This document shows positions 8,477 to 18,788 of a DNA stretch of 32,000 bases, in pieces. The stretch is from positions 690,001 to 722,000 of the forward strand of contig NZ_JBHSTI010000008.1 of the NCBI RefSeq assembly GCF_042660085.1, read 5' to 3'. The translations under genes were made by a program, and so were the position numbers. Position 1 is the first letter of the stretch, and each line of letters opens with the position of its first letter. Under the pieces are notes generated by a model. The model was not told the DNA's origin. It did no database searches and was given only the letters and a program-made list of their open reading frames with translations. Source of the DNA: Longivirga aurantiaca (GTDB taxonomy: Bacteria; Actinomycetota; Actinomycetes; S36-B12; CAIYMF01).

Positions 8477-9196
8477 TCAGCCGCGCAGCGCCGTGCTGAA
8501 CAGGGCGTCGATGCGCGCCCAGCTGTCCTCTGCCGCGGTGTCGACGTAGCCGACGTGCAGGACGCGGCGCGACACCGGACGCAGCCACGCCGGCGCGTCC
8601 TTCTCCGAGTGCGTCATGAAGGAGTGCCCGGCGTCCGGGTACTCCTTCACGTCGTGCTCGACCCCGGCGGCGGACAGCGCCCGCTCGAGCTTGGCCGCCG
8701 CGCCGCGCAGGCTGCGGTCCTTCCCGCCGTACGACGCCACCACGGGGCACGCGCCGTCGAAGACCGACTCGAGCCGCTGGGGCAGCTGCCCGTACATCGC
8801 GGCGCTGGCCTCGAAGCCCTGGGTGGCCATGAGCATGGCGAAGGCGCCGCCGAGGCAGAAGCCGGCGATGCCGACGCGGCCGGTCGAGTCCTCGCGCTCG
8901 GCGATCCACTGCCGGGCGGCGTGGATCTCGTCGTACACGCGCCCCTCGCCCGAGTTCATCGAGCGGGCGATGGCCACGAGGCAGCGGGCGCTGCCGGCGT
9001 ACGACATCAGGTCGGGTGCGACCGCGTTGTAGCCGCGTGCGGCGAGGTGGTCGGCAGCCTCGCGCATCGCGTCGGTGAGACCGAACGCCTCGTGGATGAC
9101 GACGACCCCGGGCGCGGGGCCGTCGACCCCCTGCGCGGGGGAGTAGTAGGCGGGGATCGTGCCGAAGCCCGTCACCTCGATGCTCAGATCCGGCAT
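8477..9196 (-). CDS. Dienelactone hydrolase family protein (alpha/beta hydrolase)
   Basis: GPAPGVVVIHEAFGL, VGIAGFCLGGAFAM (nucleophile Cys), ASYGGKDRSLRG, YPDAGHSFM. Confidence 0.93.
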   Translation of the reverse strand: MPDLSIEVTGFGTIPAYYSPAQGVDGPAPGVVVIHEAFGLTDAMREAADHLAARGYNAVAPDLMSYAGSARCLVAIARSMNSGEGRVYDEIHAARQWIAEREDSTGRVGIAGFCLGGAFAMLMATQGFEASAAMYGQLPQRLESVFDGACPVVASYGGKDRSLRGAAAKLERALSAAGVEHDVKEYPDAGHSFMTHSEKDAPAWLRPVSRRVLHVGYVDTAAEDSWARIDALFSTALRG

Positions 9197-9610
9197 GCCG
9201 TCCCGTCCTGTCCGGCCACCGGTCGGTGGCGGCCCCAGGGTAGGGCGGCTCGGGTCCCGCCGCCGGTCGCCTCATGTCACGTCCCGGAGGCCCTGGGCGG
9301 GCCATGCACGGACCGCGCCCGCAACCTCCACCCGACATCGAGGCTCAACCCGAGGTCGAGGGTTGTGGCGCGGCGCCGCGGGACCGGGTTCGCGCGGCCG
9401 CGTCGGCAGGGTCCGAGGGCCTCGCCGACCGCCTCCGACGGCGAGAGTCACATCACACGATCCGCCGCGTGGCGGGGCGGAACACGGGCACGGCCCACGC
9501 ACGGGACGTGGCCTGGCGCACGTCCCGCGCTGTGGGCAGCCGGTCGACAGGCACGCGGGCGTCCGGATAGCGTCGTGACGTCCTGCGGGGAAGCAGGGCA
9601 CCACGACCGG

Positions 9611-9763
9611 ACCGCCGAGTCCCGTCCACGGCCGTGGTCATCCGCACTTGGACGGGAGCGGGGGACCCACTTCGCCGGCCTGCACGTCGGGCCGGCTCGG
9701 GGTGAAGCCACGAGAGTGGCCGGCCTTCCTCGGGCCGAACCCGACAGCTCACCTCGCAGGCGG
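9611..9763 (+). promoter_or_regulatory. Cyclic di-AMP (ydaO/yuaA-type) riboswitch candidate
   Basis: Upstream of a cell-wall lytic-type gene. Contains GGGGGACCCACUUCG, GGGGUGAAGCC and the 3' signature GCCGAACCCGACAGCUCACCUCGCAGGCG, which resemble the family consensus. Confidence 0.85.
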
Positions 9764-9777
9764 CGGAGGAACACGAC

Positions 9778-10674
9778 ATGACCACCGTCATGCCGACCCA
9801 TGCCCGCACGGGCATGGAGCGCACCAGGGCACGAGTCACGTTCGGCGTGCTCTCGGCCGCCCTCGGGCTGTCGCTCCTGACCCCTGCCCCGGCTGGTGCC
9901 GCCCCGCTCGCACCCACCCACCTCGTCGGTGGCGGCGCGTCCGCCTTCGTCGACGACACGGCGTTCCCCGACACGCTGCCGGCCACCGGCACCACGTCCG
10001 CGGCACCGGCGCGCGTCGTCTCGACCGAGGTCCTGCGCGGCGGGCACAACGGCGCGAAGGTGCGCTGGGTCCAGCGCATCCTCGGCCTGCCGCAGACGGG
10101 CTTCTTCGGCCCCGCCACGCGCGACGCCGTCATCCGCTTCCAGGAGGCGCTCGGCGCGACGAAGGGCACCGGCATCGTCGGCCCGATCACGCGACGCCAG
10201 CTCCAGGAGTTCGGCGAGCAGCAGGCGGCCAAGGCCGTGCGCAAGGCCGCCGCGGCCAAGAGGGCCGCCGCCGCTGCCGAGGCCGCCCGCAAGGCCGCTG
10301 CGCGCAAGGCCGCGGAGCAGGCGGCCACCCGGGGCACCACCCGGTCGGCGCCGGCTCCCTCGGCGTCCAACGGCGACCCGACCATGACCGCGGCCGCCCG
10401 CGGCTCGCGTGCCGCGCGCCAGGCCGTGCCGTTCGCGGTGTGGCGCAGCTCCGCCCACGCCCGCATGATCGTGGCGCGCGAGTCCGGTGGCAGCTGCACC
10501 GCGGTGTCGCCCACCGGCGCCTACCGCGGCGCGTGGCAGATGGGCGCCCCGTTCTGGCGCTCGTTCGGCGGCCTCACGTTCGCGCCCACGCCCGACCAGG
10601 CCACCTGCGGCGAGCAGGACTACGTCGCCTACCGCGGCTGGATCGCCGCGTGGTGGTCGCCCTGGGGCGGCTGA
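9778..10674 (+). CDS. Exported peptidoglycan-binding protein with transglycosylase/Rpf-like C-terminal domain
   Basis: Signal peptide. PG_binding_1 motif LRGGHNGAKVRWVQRILGLPQTGFFGPATRDAVIRFQ. Ala/Lys-rich linker. C-terminal MIVARESGGSCTAVSPTGAYRGAWQM. Confidence 0.85.
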   Translation: MTTVMPTHARTGMERTRARVTFGVLSAALGLSLLTPAPAGAAPLAPTHLVGGGASAFVDDTAFPDTLPATGTTSAAPARVVSTEVLRGGHNGAKVRWVQRILGLPQTGFFGPATRDAVIRFQEALGATKGTGIVGPITRRQLQEFGEQQAAKAVRKAAAAKRAAAAAEAARKAAARKAAEQAATRGTTRSAPAPSASNGDPTMTAAARGSRAARQAVPFAVWRSSAHARMIVARESGGSCTAVSPTGAYRGAWQMGAPFWRSFGGLTFAPTPDQATCGEQDYVAYRGWIAAWWSPWGG

Positions 10675-10692
10675 GCCTCCGCTCGACCCTCC

Positions 10693-10724
10693 GGCGCCGC
10701 CGGTCCTCCGGGACCGGCGGCGCC
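10693..10724. terminator. Bidirectional terminator-like hairpin
   Basis: Perfect 14-bp stem GGCGCCGCCGGTCC / GGACCGGCGGCGCC with TCCG loop, between convergent genes. Confidence 0.85.
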
Positions 10725-10732
10725 GTCGTCGT

Positions 10733-11407
10733 TCAGACGCGGGTGCGGACCAGGTCGCGGACGACGTGGCCCTTCTCGACGCCCTGCCGCTCGAACTTCG
10801 TGAGCGGCCGCTCGAGCCGCGGTGCCCAGCCGTCGTAGGGATCGAGGAGCAGCGGCTCGGCGTCGAGCACCTCGCGCATCGCCTCGGCGTACGGCTCCCA
10901 GTCGGTCGCGCAGTGCAGGACTCCGCCCGGCGCAAGGCGCGTGGCCATGAGGTGCACCAGGTCGGGCCGGACGATGCGGCGCTTGTGGTGCCGGGCCTTG
11001 GGCCACGGGTCGGGGAAGAAGACGCGGATCGCGGCGAGCGAGCCCTCGGCCACCCTGTCCGTGAGCAGGTCGACCGCATCGCCGAGCTCGACCCGCACGG
11101 TGGTGAGGCCCCGGCGCTCGATCTCGGCGAGCAGGCGTGCGACGCCCGGGGTGTGGACGTCGACGGCGACGATCCCGGTGCCGGGGTCCTCGAGCGCCAT
11201 CTCGACCGTCGCGTGCCCGAGCCCGAACCCGATCTCCAGCGCCACGGGCAGGCCGCCGAACAGAGTGCCGGTGTCGAGCGGCCCCGGGGGGAGGCCGTGG
11301 CGGGGGAGCAGCGTGGTGACGGCGTCGCGCTGCGCGTCGGTCATCCGCCCCCGCCGCGGATGGAACGTGAGGATGTGCCGGTGCTCCTCGGCCACGTCCT
11401 CCTCCAC
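10733..11407 (-). CDS. trmB: tRNA (guanine-N7-)-methyltransferase
   Basis: LEIGFGLGHATVEMA, GIVAVDVHTPGVARLL, IRVFFPDPWPKARHHKRRIV. Confidence 0.94.
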   Translation of the reverse strand: MEEDVAEEHRHILTFHPRRGRMTDAQRDAVTTLLPRHGLPPGPLDTGTLFGGLPVALEIGFGLGHATVEMALEDPGTGIVAVDVHTPGVARLLAEIERRGLTTVRVELGDAVDLLTDRVAEGSLAAIRVFFPDPWPKARHHKRRIVRPDLVHLMATRLAPGGVLHCATDWEPYAEAMREVLDAEPLLLDPYDGWAPRLERPLTKFERQGVEKGHVVRDLVRTRV

Positions 11408-11465
11408 GCCCAGAGCCTAGGTCCGCCGCTGCGCGGCGCGTGCAGGCATCGTGACGACGTACCGC

Positions 11466-11682
11466 GCCCCCGGCAGGAGCCGTCTCAGGCCGGCGCGCGG
11501 GGGTTCCTCCCGAATCAGCGGAGGGGGTCACTCGCAGAGGGAGGCCCTTCGGGCCTGGAGATCACGTGCCCCCGGCAGGAGCCGTCTCGGGCCGGCGCGC
11601 GGGGGTTCCTCCCGAATCAGCGGAGGGGGTCACTCGCAGAGGGAGGCCCTTCGGGCCTGGAGATCACGTGCCCCCGGCAGGA
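11466..11682. repeat. 102-bp direct tandem repeat (2 full units plus 13-bp partial third unit inside tRNA-Arg)
   Basis: Units 11466-11567 and 11568-11669 differ at one visible position (gtctcAggcc vs gtctcGggcc). The 13-mer gcccccggcagga recurs at 11466, 11568 and 11670. Confidence 0.95.
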
Positions 11683-11740
11683 TTCGAACCTGCGCGCATG
11701 CCTCCGGAGGGCACCGCTCTATCCCCTGAGCTACGGGGGC
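11669..11740 (-). tRNA. tRNA-Arg(CCG)
   Basis: Cloverleaf on minus strand: acceptor GCCCCCG/CGGGGGC, D arm GCTC..GAGC, anticodon stem-loop GTGCC-CTCCGGA-GGCAT (anticodon CCG), T arm GCAGG-TTCGAAT-CCTGC. No encoded CCA. Confidence 0.95.
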
Positions 11741-11861
11741 CAGGGCAGGCACCGACACTACCAGCGGCCGACGGTGCGCTCGACACGGCCGCTGCGGGCG
11801 ACCGGGCGCGGGCCGGATACGTCGTGAAGCCGCGCGGACCTGCGCCGATAGGCTCCCGCGC

Positions 11862-13529
11862 ATGACGCCCGACCAGATCGCCGCCGAGGTCCGCGCAGCA
11901 GTGCTCGCTGCCGTGGCCGACGGCGAGCTCGCCCTCGACCCCGCGCTCGTCCCGGCCGAGGTCACCGTCGAGCGTCCGCGCAACGCCGACCACGGCGACT
12001 ACGCCACCAACATCGCGCTGCAGCTGGCCAAGCCGGCCGGCACCAACCCGCGCGCGGTGGCCGAGCTCGTGGCCGCCCGCCTGCGGGCCCTCGACGGCGT
12101 CGCGAGCGTCGACATCGCCGGCCCCGGGTTCCTCAACATCACCCTCGACGCCGCCTCGCTCGGCGAGACGGCGCGCACGGTGGTCGTCGCCGGCGACCAG
12201 TACGGCCGGATCGACCGGTACGCCGGCATGCGCTTCAACGTCGAATTCATCTCGGCCAACCCCACGGGCCCGCTGCACCTCGGCCACACCCGCTGGGCCG
12301 CTGTGGGCGATGCGATCGCGCGGGTCCTCGAGGCGGCCGGCGCCGACGCCGAGCGCGAGTTCTACGTCAACGACCGCGGCGTCCAGATGGACAAGTTCGG
12401 CATGTCGCTGGAGGCTCGGGCGCTCGGCACCGACGTGCCCGAGGGCGGCTACCAGGGCGCGTACGTCGACGACCTCGCGCAACAGATCGTGGCGGCCGAC
12501 CCGGGCATCGTGGGCCTGCCCGCCGACGAGCGGATGGTCGCCTTCCGCGAGGCGGGGTACGCCCTGCAGCTGCAGCAGCAGAAGGACACGCTCGACGGCT
12601 TCAACACGCACTTCGACGTCTGGTACTCCGAGCGCACGCTGCACTCCAGCGGCGCCGTCGACCGCGGCTTCGACAAGCTGCGCGAGCAGGGCCACATGTA
12701 CGAGGCCGACGGCGCGGTGTGGCTGCGCACCACCGACTTCGACGACGACAAGGACCGCGTGCTCGTCAAGGCCGACGGCGAGCTCACGTACTTCGCCAGC
12801 GACACGGCGTACTACCTCGACAAGCGCGCCCGCGGTTTCGACGTCTGCATCTACCTGCTCGGCGCCGACCACCACGGCTACGTCAACCGGCTGCGCGCCG
12901 TCGCGGCCTGCGCGGGCGACGACCCCGACCTCAACATCGAGGTGCTCATCGGGCAGCTCGTGAAGATGTACAAGGGCGGCGAGGAGGTTCGGCTCTCCAA
13001 GCGCGCCGGCAACATCATCACGCTCGAGGACCTCGTCGAGGAGGTCGGTGTCGACGCCGCCCGCTACTCGCTCATCCGCTACCCCGTCGACAGCCCGCTG
13101 ACGCTCGACCTCGACCTGCTCGTGCAGCGCAGCAACGACAACCCGGTGTTCTACGTGCAGTACGCGCACGCCCGGATCAGCTCCGTCCTGCGCGGCGCGG
13201 CCGACCTCGGCATCGACTGGCGTGCCGCCGAGCCCGACCTCTCGCTGCTCGACCACGAGCGCGAGACGGCGCTGCTCGGCGCCATCGGCGAGCTGCCGCG
13301 CATCGTCGGGTCGGCGGCCGAGCTGCGCGAGCCGCACCGCGTCGCGCGCTACCTCGAGGAGCTGGCGACGTCGTACCACAAGTTCTACGACGTCTGCCGC
13401 GTGCTGCCGATGAGCGACGCCGAGGTCGAGCCGATCAACGTCGCGCGCCTGTGGCTGTGCGGCGCAGCGCGGCAGACCCTCGCGAACGGCCTCGACATGC
13501 TCGGAGTCAGCGCTCCCGACCGCATGTAG
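11862..13529 (+). CDS. argS: Arginyl-tRNA synthetase
   Basis: VEFISANPTGPLHLGHTRWAAVGD (HIGH-like motif), VLVKADGELTYFASDTAYY, GADHHGYVNR, C-terminal DALR-type domain. Confidence 0.98.
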   Translation: MTPDQIAAEVRAAVLAAVADGELALDPALVPAEVTVERPRNADHGDYATNIALQLAKPAGTNPRAVAELVAARLRALDGVASVDIAGPGFLNITLDAASLGETARTVVVAGDQYGRIDRYAGMRFNVEFISANPTGPLHLGHTRWAAVGDAIARVLEAAGADAEREFYVNDRGVQMDKFGMSLEARALGTDVPEGGYQGAYVDDLAQQIVAADPGIVGLPADERMVAFREAGYALQLQQQKDTLDGFNTHFDVWYSERTLHSSGAVDRGFDKLREQGHMYEADGAVWLRTTDFDDDKDRVLVKADGELTYFASDTAYYLDKRARGFDVCIYLLGADHHGYVNRLRAVAACAGDDPDLNIEVLIGQLVKMYKGGEEVRLSKRAGNIITLEDLVEEVGVDAARYSLIRYPVDSPLTLDLDLLVQRSNDNPVFYVQYAHARISSVLRGAADLGIDWRAAEPDLSLLDHERETALLGAIGELPRIVGSAAELREPHRVARYLEELATSYHKFYDVCRVLPMSDAEVEPINVARLWLCGAARQTLANGLDMLGVSAPDRM

Positions 13530-13539
13530 GGATCCGAGT

Positions 13540-13590
13540 TACTGCCACAGTGGGGTGATAGAACGCGCCAACACCCCGCTGTGGGCAGTA
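13540..13590. repeat. Imperfect inverted repeat downstream of argS
   Basis: TACTGCCACAGTGGGGTG ... CACCCCGCTGTGGGCAGTA around a 14-nt loop, with one bulge and one G-U/mismatch. Confidence 0.8.
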
Positions 13591-13664
13591 GCTCGAGGCA
13601 CGTGGGGTGTCCAGGGGCTGGAACTCCCGGGGGCGGGGGTGAGGCGCGTCGGTAGCCTTGCCCC

Positions 13665-15107
13665 ATGCGCGCACACCCCGCCGGGCCACGCTTCGGCGAG
13701 ATCCTCGCCCCTGCCGGTGCCCCTGCGGCTCCGGCCGACGTCGAGGCGATGCACGCGCTCGACCCCGTCGTGTGGCCGAGCACCGCGGTGCGCTCCGGCG
13801 GCGACGCCCTAGAGCAGCGGGCGGTGACCATCGCGGGCATCGACGTCCGCGACCTCGCCGCCGAGCACGGCACCCCGCTCTACGTCCTCGACGAGGTCGA
13901 CTTCCGGGCTCGGGCGGCGGCCTTCCGCGACGCGTACGCCGACCCCGACGTGCCGGCCGATGTCTTCTACGCGGGCAAGGCCTTCCTCTCGACGATCGTG
14001 GCGCGCTGGGTGCAGGAGGAGGGTCTCGGCCTCGACGTCTGCACCGGAGGCGAGATCCTCACCGCCGTCCGTGCCGGCTTCCCCACCGCCCGCATGGCCT
14101 TCCACGGCAACAACAAGTCGGTGGCCGAGCTCGATCTGGCGCTCGAGCACGGCATCGGCCGGTACGTCGTCGACTCGTTCGAGGAGATCGTCCGGCTCGC
14201 CGCCGCCGCCGAGGCCCGCGGCGTGGTGGCCAAGGTCCTCGTGCGCGTCACCGTCGGCGTCGAGGCGCACACCCACGAGTTCATCGCCACCGCGCACGAG
14301 GACCAGAAGTTCGGGCTCTCGCTCTCGGGCGGTCAGGCCGAGGAGGCCGTACGCCGGATCCTGAAGCTGCCGTCGCTGCGGCTCGTCGGCCTGCACTCGC
14401 ACATCGGCTCGCAGATCTTCGACACCGCCGGGTTCGAGGTGTCGGCCCACCGTCTCGTCGCGCTCGCGGGCAAGGTCCGCGACGAGCACGGCATCGAGGT
14501 GGCCGAGCTCGACCTCGGCGGCGGCATGGGCATCGCCTACGGCTCGGACGACGACCCCATGACGCCGAAGGAGATGGCCGAGCTCCTGCGCGGCATCGTC
14601 GTCCGCGAGTGCCGGGCCCTGGGTCTCGACGTCCCGCGCATCGCCGTCGAGCCCGGACGGGCGATCGTCGGGCCGTCGATGGTCACCGTCTACGAGGTCG
14701 GCACGGTGAAGCAGGTCGACCTCGGCAACGGCCACGTGCGCCAGTACGTGAGCGTCGACGGCGGCATGAGCGACAACATCCGCACCGCGCTGTACGACGC
14801 CGAGTACACCGTGCGGCTCGTCTCCCGCGTGTCCGAGGCCGCTCCGGTCCTCGCGCGCGTCGTCGGGAAGCACTGCGAGAGCGGCGACATCGTCGTCCGC
14901 GACTGCTGGCTGCCCGGCGACCTCGCCCCCGGCGACCTGCTCGGCGTTGCCGCGACCGGCGCCTACTGCCGGGCGATGGCCTCCAACTACAACCACGTGC
15001 CCCGACCTCCGGTGGTCTCGGTCCGCGACGGCGTGAGCCGCGTGGTCGTGCGCCGCGAGACGCCCGACGACCTGCTGGCGCTCGACGCCGGCCTCGAGTC
15101 CGACTGA
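13665..15107 (+). CDS. lysA: Diaminopimelate decarboxylase
   Basis: [69 protein letters not shown]. Confidence 0.97.
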   Translation: MRAHPAGPRFGEILAPAGAPAAPADVEAMHALDPVVWPSTAVRSGGDALEQRAVTIAGIDVRDLAAEHGTPLYVLDEVDFRARAAAFRDAYADPDVPADVFYAGKAFLSTIVARWVQEEGLGLDVCTGGEILTAVRAGFPTARMAFHGNNKSVAELDLALEHGIGRYVVDSFEEIVRLAAAAEARGVVAKVLVRVTVGVEAHTHEFIATAHEDQKFGLSLSGGQAEEAVRRILKLPSLRLVGLHSHIGSQIFDTAGFEVSAHRLVALAGKVRDEHGIEVAELDLGGGMGIAYGSDDDPMTPKEMAELLRGIVVRECRALGLDVPRIAVEPGRAIVGPSMVTVYEVGTVKQVDLGNGHVRQYVSVDGGMSDNIRTALYDAEYTVRLVSRVSEAAPVLARVVGKHCESGDIVVRDCWLPGDLAPGDLLGVAATGAYCRAMASNYNHVPRPPVVSVRDGVSRVVVRRETPDDLLALDAGLESD

Positions 15108-15139
15108 CCAGGCAGTAGCCGCGCCCGGACCTGCGCGGC

Positions 15140-15160
15140 GCCGCCCCCGGCGGGGGTGGC
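15140..15160 (+). terminator. Weak terminator-like hairpin after lysA
   Basis: GCCGCCCCC-GGC-GGGGGTGGC (one G-U pair). No U-tract. Confidence 0.4.
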
Positions 15161-15192
15161 ACGCTAGGCCGGACACCCCCGGAGGGAACCCC

Positions 15193-16503
15193 ATGACGAC
15201 GCCCGACGCGCCGCCCCGCGAGCTCACCGTCGCACTCCTCGGCGGCGGCACCGTCGGCAGCCAGGTCGCCCGCCTTCTCCGCGAGTCCGCCGACGATCTC
15301 GCCGCCCGTGCCGGCGCCGCTCTGCGACTCACGGGCGTCGGCGTGCGCGACGCCGCGAAGCCCCGCGAGGGCATCGCTCCCGAGCTCCTGACCGACGACC
15401 TCGAGGGGCTCGCGTCGTCCGGCGCCGACATCGTCGTCGAGGTCATGGGCGGCATCGAGCCGGCGCGCTCGCTGATCCTCGCCGCGATGGCGGCCGGCTC
15501 CTCGGTCGTCACCGCCAACAAGGCGCTCCTCGCCGAGGACGGCGGCACCCTCCACGCCGCGGCCGAGAAGCACGGCGTCGACCTCTACTACGAGGCCTCG
15601 GTCGCCGGCGCCATCCCGCTGCTGCGACCGCTGCGCGAGAGCCTCGCCGGCGACAAGGTCCGCCGCGTGCTCGGCATCGTCAACGGCACCACGAACTTCA
15701 TCCTCACCAAGATGGACGAGGACGGCGCCGACTACGCCGACGTGCTCGCCGAGGCCCAGGCCCTCGGGTACGCCGAGGCCGACCCGACCGCCGACGTCGA
15801 GGGCTACGACGCCGCAGCCAAGGCCGCGATCCTCGCGGGCCTCGCGTTCCACACCCGGGTGCGGGGCGACGACGTGCACCGCGAGGGCATCACGAGCGTG
15901 TCCGCGCAGGACGTCGCGGCCGCTCGCGACATGGGATTCGTCATCAAGCTCCTCGCCGTCGCCGAGCTGGTCGACGACGAGAAGGGCGTGGTCGTCCGCG
16001 TCCACCCCGCGATGGTCCCGAGGACGCACCCGCTCGCGGGCGTGCGCGGCGCGTTCAACGCGGTCTTCGTCGAGGCCGAGTCGGCCGGCGACATGATGTT
16101 CTACGGCCGTGGCGCCGGCGGAGCGCCCACGGCGTCCGCCGTCCTCGGCGACATCGTGGCCGTGGCGCGGCATCGGCTCGCCGGCTCGCGCGGCCCGGGG
16201 GAGTCGACCTACGCGCACCTCGACGTGCTGCCGATCGGCGACGCCACCACGCGCTACTACGTCAACCTCGACGTCGCCGACCGCCCGGGCGTCCTTGCGG
16301 CGGTGGCCCAGGCGTTCGCCGACAACGGAGTCAGCATCCAGAACGTGCGCCAGGACGGGCACGGCGACGACGCCCGGCTCGTCGTGCGCACGCACACCGC
16401 CGCCGACTCCGCGCTCGCCGCGACGATCGAGCGGCTCCGGTCGAACGACGCCGTGCGCAACGTCGTCGGCGTCATGCGGGTCGAGGGCGAGGACGAGCGA
16501 TGA
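15193..16503 (+). CDS. hom: Homoserine dehydrogenase
   Basis: [58 protein letters not shown]-terminal ACT domain. Confidence 0.98.
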   Translation: MTTPDAPPRELTVALLGGGTVGSQVARLLRESADDLAARAGAALRLTGVGVRDAAKPREGIAPELLTDDLEGLASSGADIVVEVMGGIEPARSLILAAMAAGSSVVTANKALLAEDGGTLHAAAEKHGVDLYYEASVAGAIPLLRPLRESLAGDKVRRVLGIVNGTTNFILTKMDEDGADYADVLAEAQALGYAEADPTADVEGYDAAAKAAILAGLAFHTRVRGDDVHREGITSVSAQDVAAARDMGFVIKLLAVAELVDDEKGVVVRVHPAMVPRTHPLAGVRGAFNAVFVEAESAGDMMFYGRGAGGAPTASAVLGDIVAVARHRLAGSRGPGESTYAHLDVLPIGDATTRYYVNLDVADRPGVLAAVAQAFADNGVSIQNVRQDGHGDDARLVVRTHTAADSALAATIERLRSNDAVRNVVGVMRVEGEDER

Positions 16504-17582
16504 GCGCCACCACCGCCGAGGGCACCAGCCGCCAGTGGCGTGGCCTCATCGAGGAGTACCGCTCGCGGCTCCCGGTCAGCGACAAGACCCCTGTCGTGAC
16601 GCTGCGCGAGGGCGGCACGCCGCTCGTGTACGCCTGCGTGCTCTCGGAGATGACCGGCTGCGAGGTCTGGATCAAGGTCGAGGGCGCCAACCCGACCGGG
16701 TCGTTCAAGGACCGCGGCATGACGATGGCGATCTCCAAGGCCGCGGAGGAGGGCGCCAAGGCTGTCATCTGCGCGTCCACCGGCAACACCTCCGCCTCGG
16801 CCGCGGCGTACGCCGTCAAGGCGGGCATGGTCTGCGCGGTGCTCGTGCCCAGCGGCAAGATCGCGCTCGGCAAGATGGCGCAGGCCCTCGTGCACGGCGC
16901 GAAGATCCTGCAGGTCGACGGCAACTTCGACGACTGCCTCACCCTCGCGCGCAAGCTCTCCGAGAGCTACCCCGTCTCGCTCGTGAACTCGGTCAACCCC
17001 TTCCGCATCGAGGGCCAGAAGACGGGTGCGTTCGAGATCGTCGACTTCCTCGGCGACGCGCCGGACATCCACTGCCTCCCCGTGGGCAACGCCGGCAACA
17101 TCACCGCCTACTGGAAGGGCTTCGTGGAGTACGCCACCGACGGCGTCGCCACCAAGCGCCCGCGCGAGTGGGGGTTCCAGGCGGCCGGCGCCGCGCCGAT
17201 CGTGAACGGCGCGCCCGTCATGCACCCGTCGACCATCGCCACGGCGATCCGCATCGGCAACCCCGCGTCGTGGGAGCAGGCCGTCGCCGCGCGCGACGAG
17301 TCCGGCGGCCTCATCGACGCCGTGACCGACCGCGAGATCCTCTCGGCCTACCGTCTCCTCGCGGCGAAGGAGGCGGTATTCGTCGAGCCCGCATCCGCCG
17401 CGTCGGTGGCGGGGCTGCTGAAGAAGCACAAGGAGGGCCTCCTCGACCCGGGCCAGACCGTGGTCTGCACGGTGACGGGCAACGGGCTCAAGGACCCGGA
17501 GTGGGCGATCGCCGGTGCGCCTCAGCCCACCCATGTGGCCGTCGACGCGTACGCCGCCGCCCTCCAGCTGGGCCTCGCGTGA
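16500..17582 (+). CDS. thrC: Threonine synthase
   Basis: [60 protein letters not shown] overlap with hom. Confidence 0.97.
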   Translation: MSATTAEGTSRQWRGLIEEYRSRLPVSDKTPVVTLREGGTPLVYACVLSEMTGCEVWIKVEGANPTGSFKDRGMTMAISKAAEEGAKAVICASTGNTSASAAAYAVKAGMVCAVLVPSGKIALGKMAQALVHGAKILQVDGNFDDCLTLARKLSESYPVSLVNSVNPFRIEGQKTGAFEIVDFLGDAPDIHCLPVGNAGNITAYWKGFVEYATDGVATKRPREWGFQAAGAAPIVNGAPVMHPSTIATAIRIGNPASWEQAVAARDESGGLIDAVTDREILSAYRLLAAKEAVFVEPASAASVAGLLKKHKEGLLDPGQTVVCTVTGNGLKDPEWAIAGAPQPTHVAVDAYAAALQLGLA

Positions 17583-18523
17583 CACCGCCGCCCTCGGGCC
17601 GCCCGGTCTTCCGCGCAGCGGCCGTCCGAGTCCGCGTGCCCGCGACGTCGGCGAACCTCGGCCCCGGGTTCGACAGCCTGGGGCTCGCCCTCGGGCTCCA
17701 CGACGACGTCGTCGCGCAGGTCTCGGACGACTCCGGCGTCCGCGTCGACGTGCACGGCGAGGGTGCGGACTCCGTCCCGCGCGACCACCGGCACCTCGTC
17801 GCGAAGTCGATGCTCAAGGCGTTCGACGCACTCGGTGGGCGGCCGCGTGGCCTGGATCTGGTGTGCGCCAACAGGATCCCGCACAGCCGCGGACTCGGGT
17901 CGTCGGCTGCGGCCATCGTCTCCGGGCTCGTCCTCGCGCGCGCGCTCGTCGTCGGCGGCGACGAGCGGATGCCCGACGACGCGCTGCTCGAGCTCGCGTC
18001 GTCGATCGAGGGTCACCCCGACAACGTCGCCGCGTGCCTGCACGGCGGCGCCACGATCGCCTGGACCCGGGGCACCGTTCCCGCGTCCACGGGAGTGCTC
18101 GACCTCGTGCCGGCTGCGTCGATCGTGCCGGTGGTGTGCGTGCCGTCGTCCGCCGTGGCCACGAAGAAGGCGCGTGCGCTGCTCCCCGAGACCGTTCCGC
18201 ATGCCGATGCGGCATGGAACGCCGCGCGCGCGGCGCTGCTCGTGCAGGCCCTCACGGTGCGCCCCGACCTGCTGCTCGAGGCCACCGACGACCGCCTGCA
18301 CCAGCCCTACCGCCGGCCGGCGTACCCGCGCACCACCGACCTGGTCGCCAAGCTGCGGGCTGCCGGGATCCCGGCAGCCGTCAGCGGTGCGGGGCCGACC
18401 GTGCTCGCGCTCGCCGACTCCACGAGCGCCCCGCGGGTGGCCGGGCTGGCCGGCGCACGGTTCGCGACGTCCGTGCTCGAGGTCGACCGCGAGGGTGCAC
18501 GGGTCCTTCCCCTCGAGGGCTGA
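17579..18523 (+). CDS. thrB: Homoserine kinase (GHMP family)
   Basis: [43 protein letters not shown] start overlaps the thrC stop (GTGA). The ORF track over-extends it to 16109. Confidence 0.95.
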   Translation: MTPPPSGRPVFRAAAVRVRVPATSANLGPGFDSLGLALGLHDDVVAQVSDDSGVRVDVHGEGADSVPRDHRHLVAKSMLKAFDALGGRPRGLDLVCANRIPHSRGLGSSAAAIVSGLVLARALVVGGDERMPDDALLELASSIEGHPDNVAACLHGGATIAWTRGTVPASTGVLDLVPAASIVPVVCVPSSAVATKKARALLPETVPHADAAWNAARAALLVQALTVRPDLLLEATDDRLHQPYRRPAYPRTTDLVAKLRAAGIPAAVSGAGPTVLALADSTSAPRVAGLAGARFATSVLEVDREGARVLPLEG

Positions 18524-18788
18524 ACGGCGCGCCGACCTCCCTCGTACGGGTGGTGTTGGACGTGGACCCGCCCCCGGGTGTTACCCTCGTCGTATCCGGG
18601 GCCCGCACCGTCCGTCGTTCTGACGGGTGGACGCCCGTCGGGGCCTCTCGCGACATCCCACCGCAGTCGCCCCTCTGCGCCGCCCCCGGACACCCGTGCT
18701 GCCGTTCGCTTCCTCACGAACCTTGCCGCGGCACGTCCGCCCGTCCGTCTCCCGACGGACGACCTCTCGATGCAGAACGAGGCACTCG

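Noticed and set aside
9197-9610. Long intergenic region upstream of the c-di-AMP riboswitch, checked for a hidden gene
   Set aside because: ORFs present (for example 8555-9781, 9274-9570) are arginine/proline-rich frame artefacts with no domain. It is probably just the promoter region.
10487-11827. 446-aa ORF crossing the PG-binding gene, trmB, tandem repeat and tRNA
   Set aside because: The frame is read through a tRNA and the repeat (PRQDSNLRACLRRAPLYPLSYGG is the classic tRNA-derived spurious peptide).
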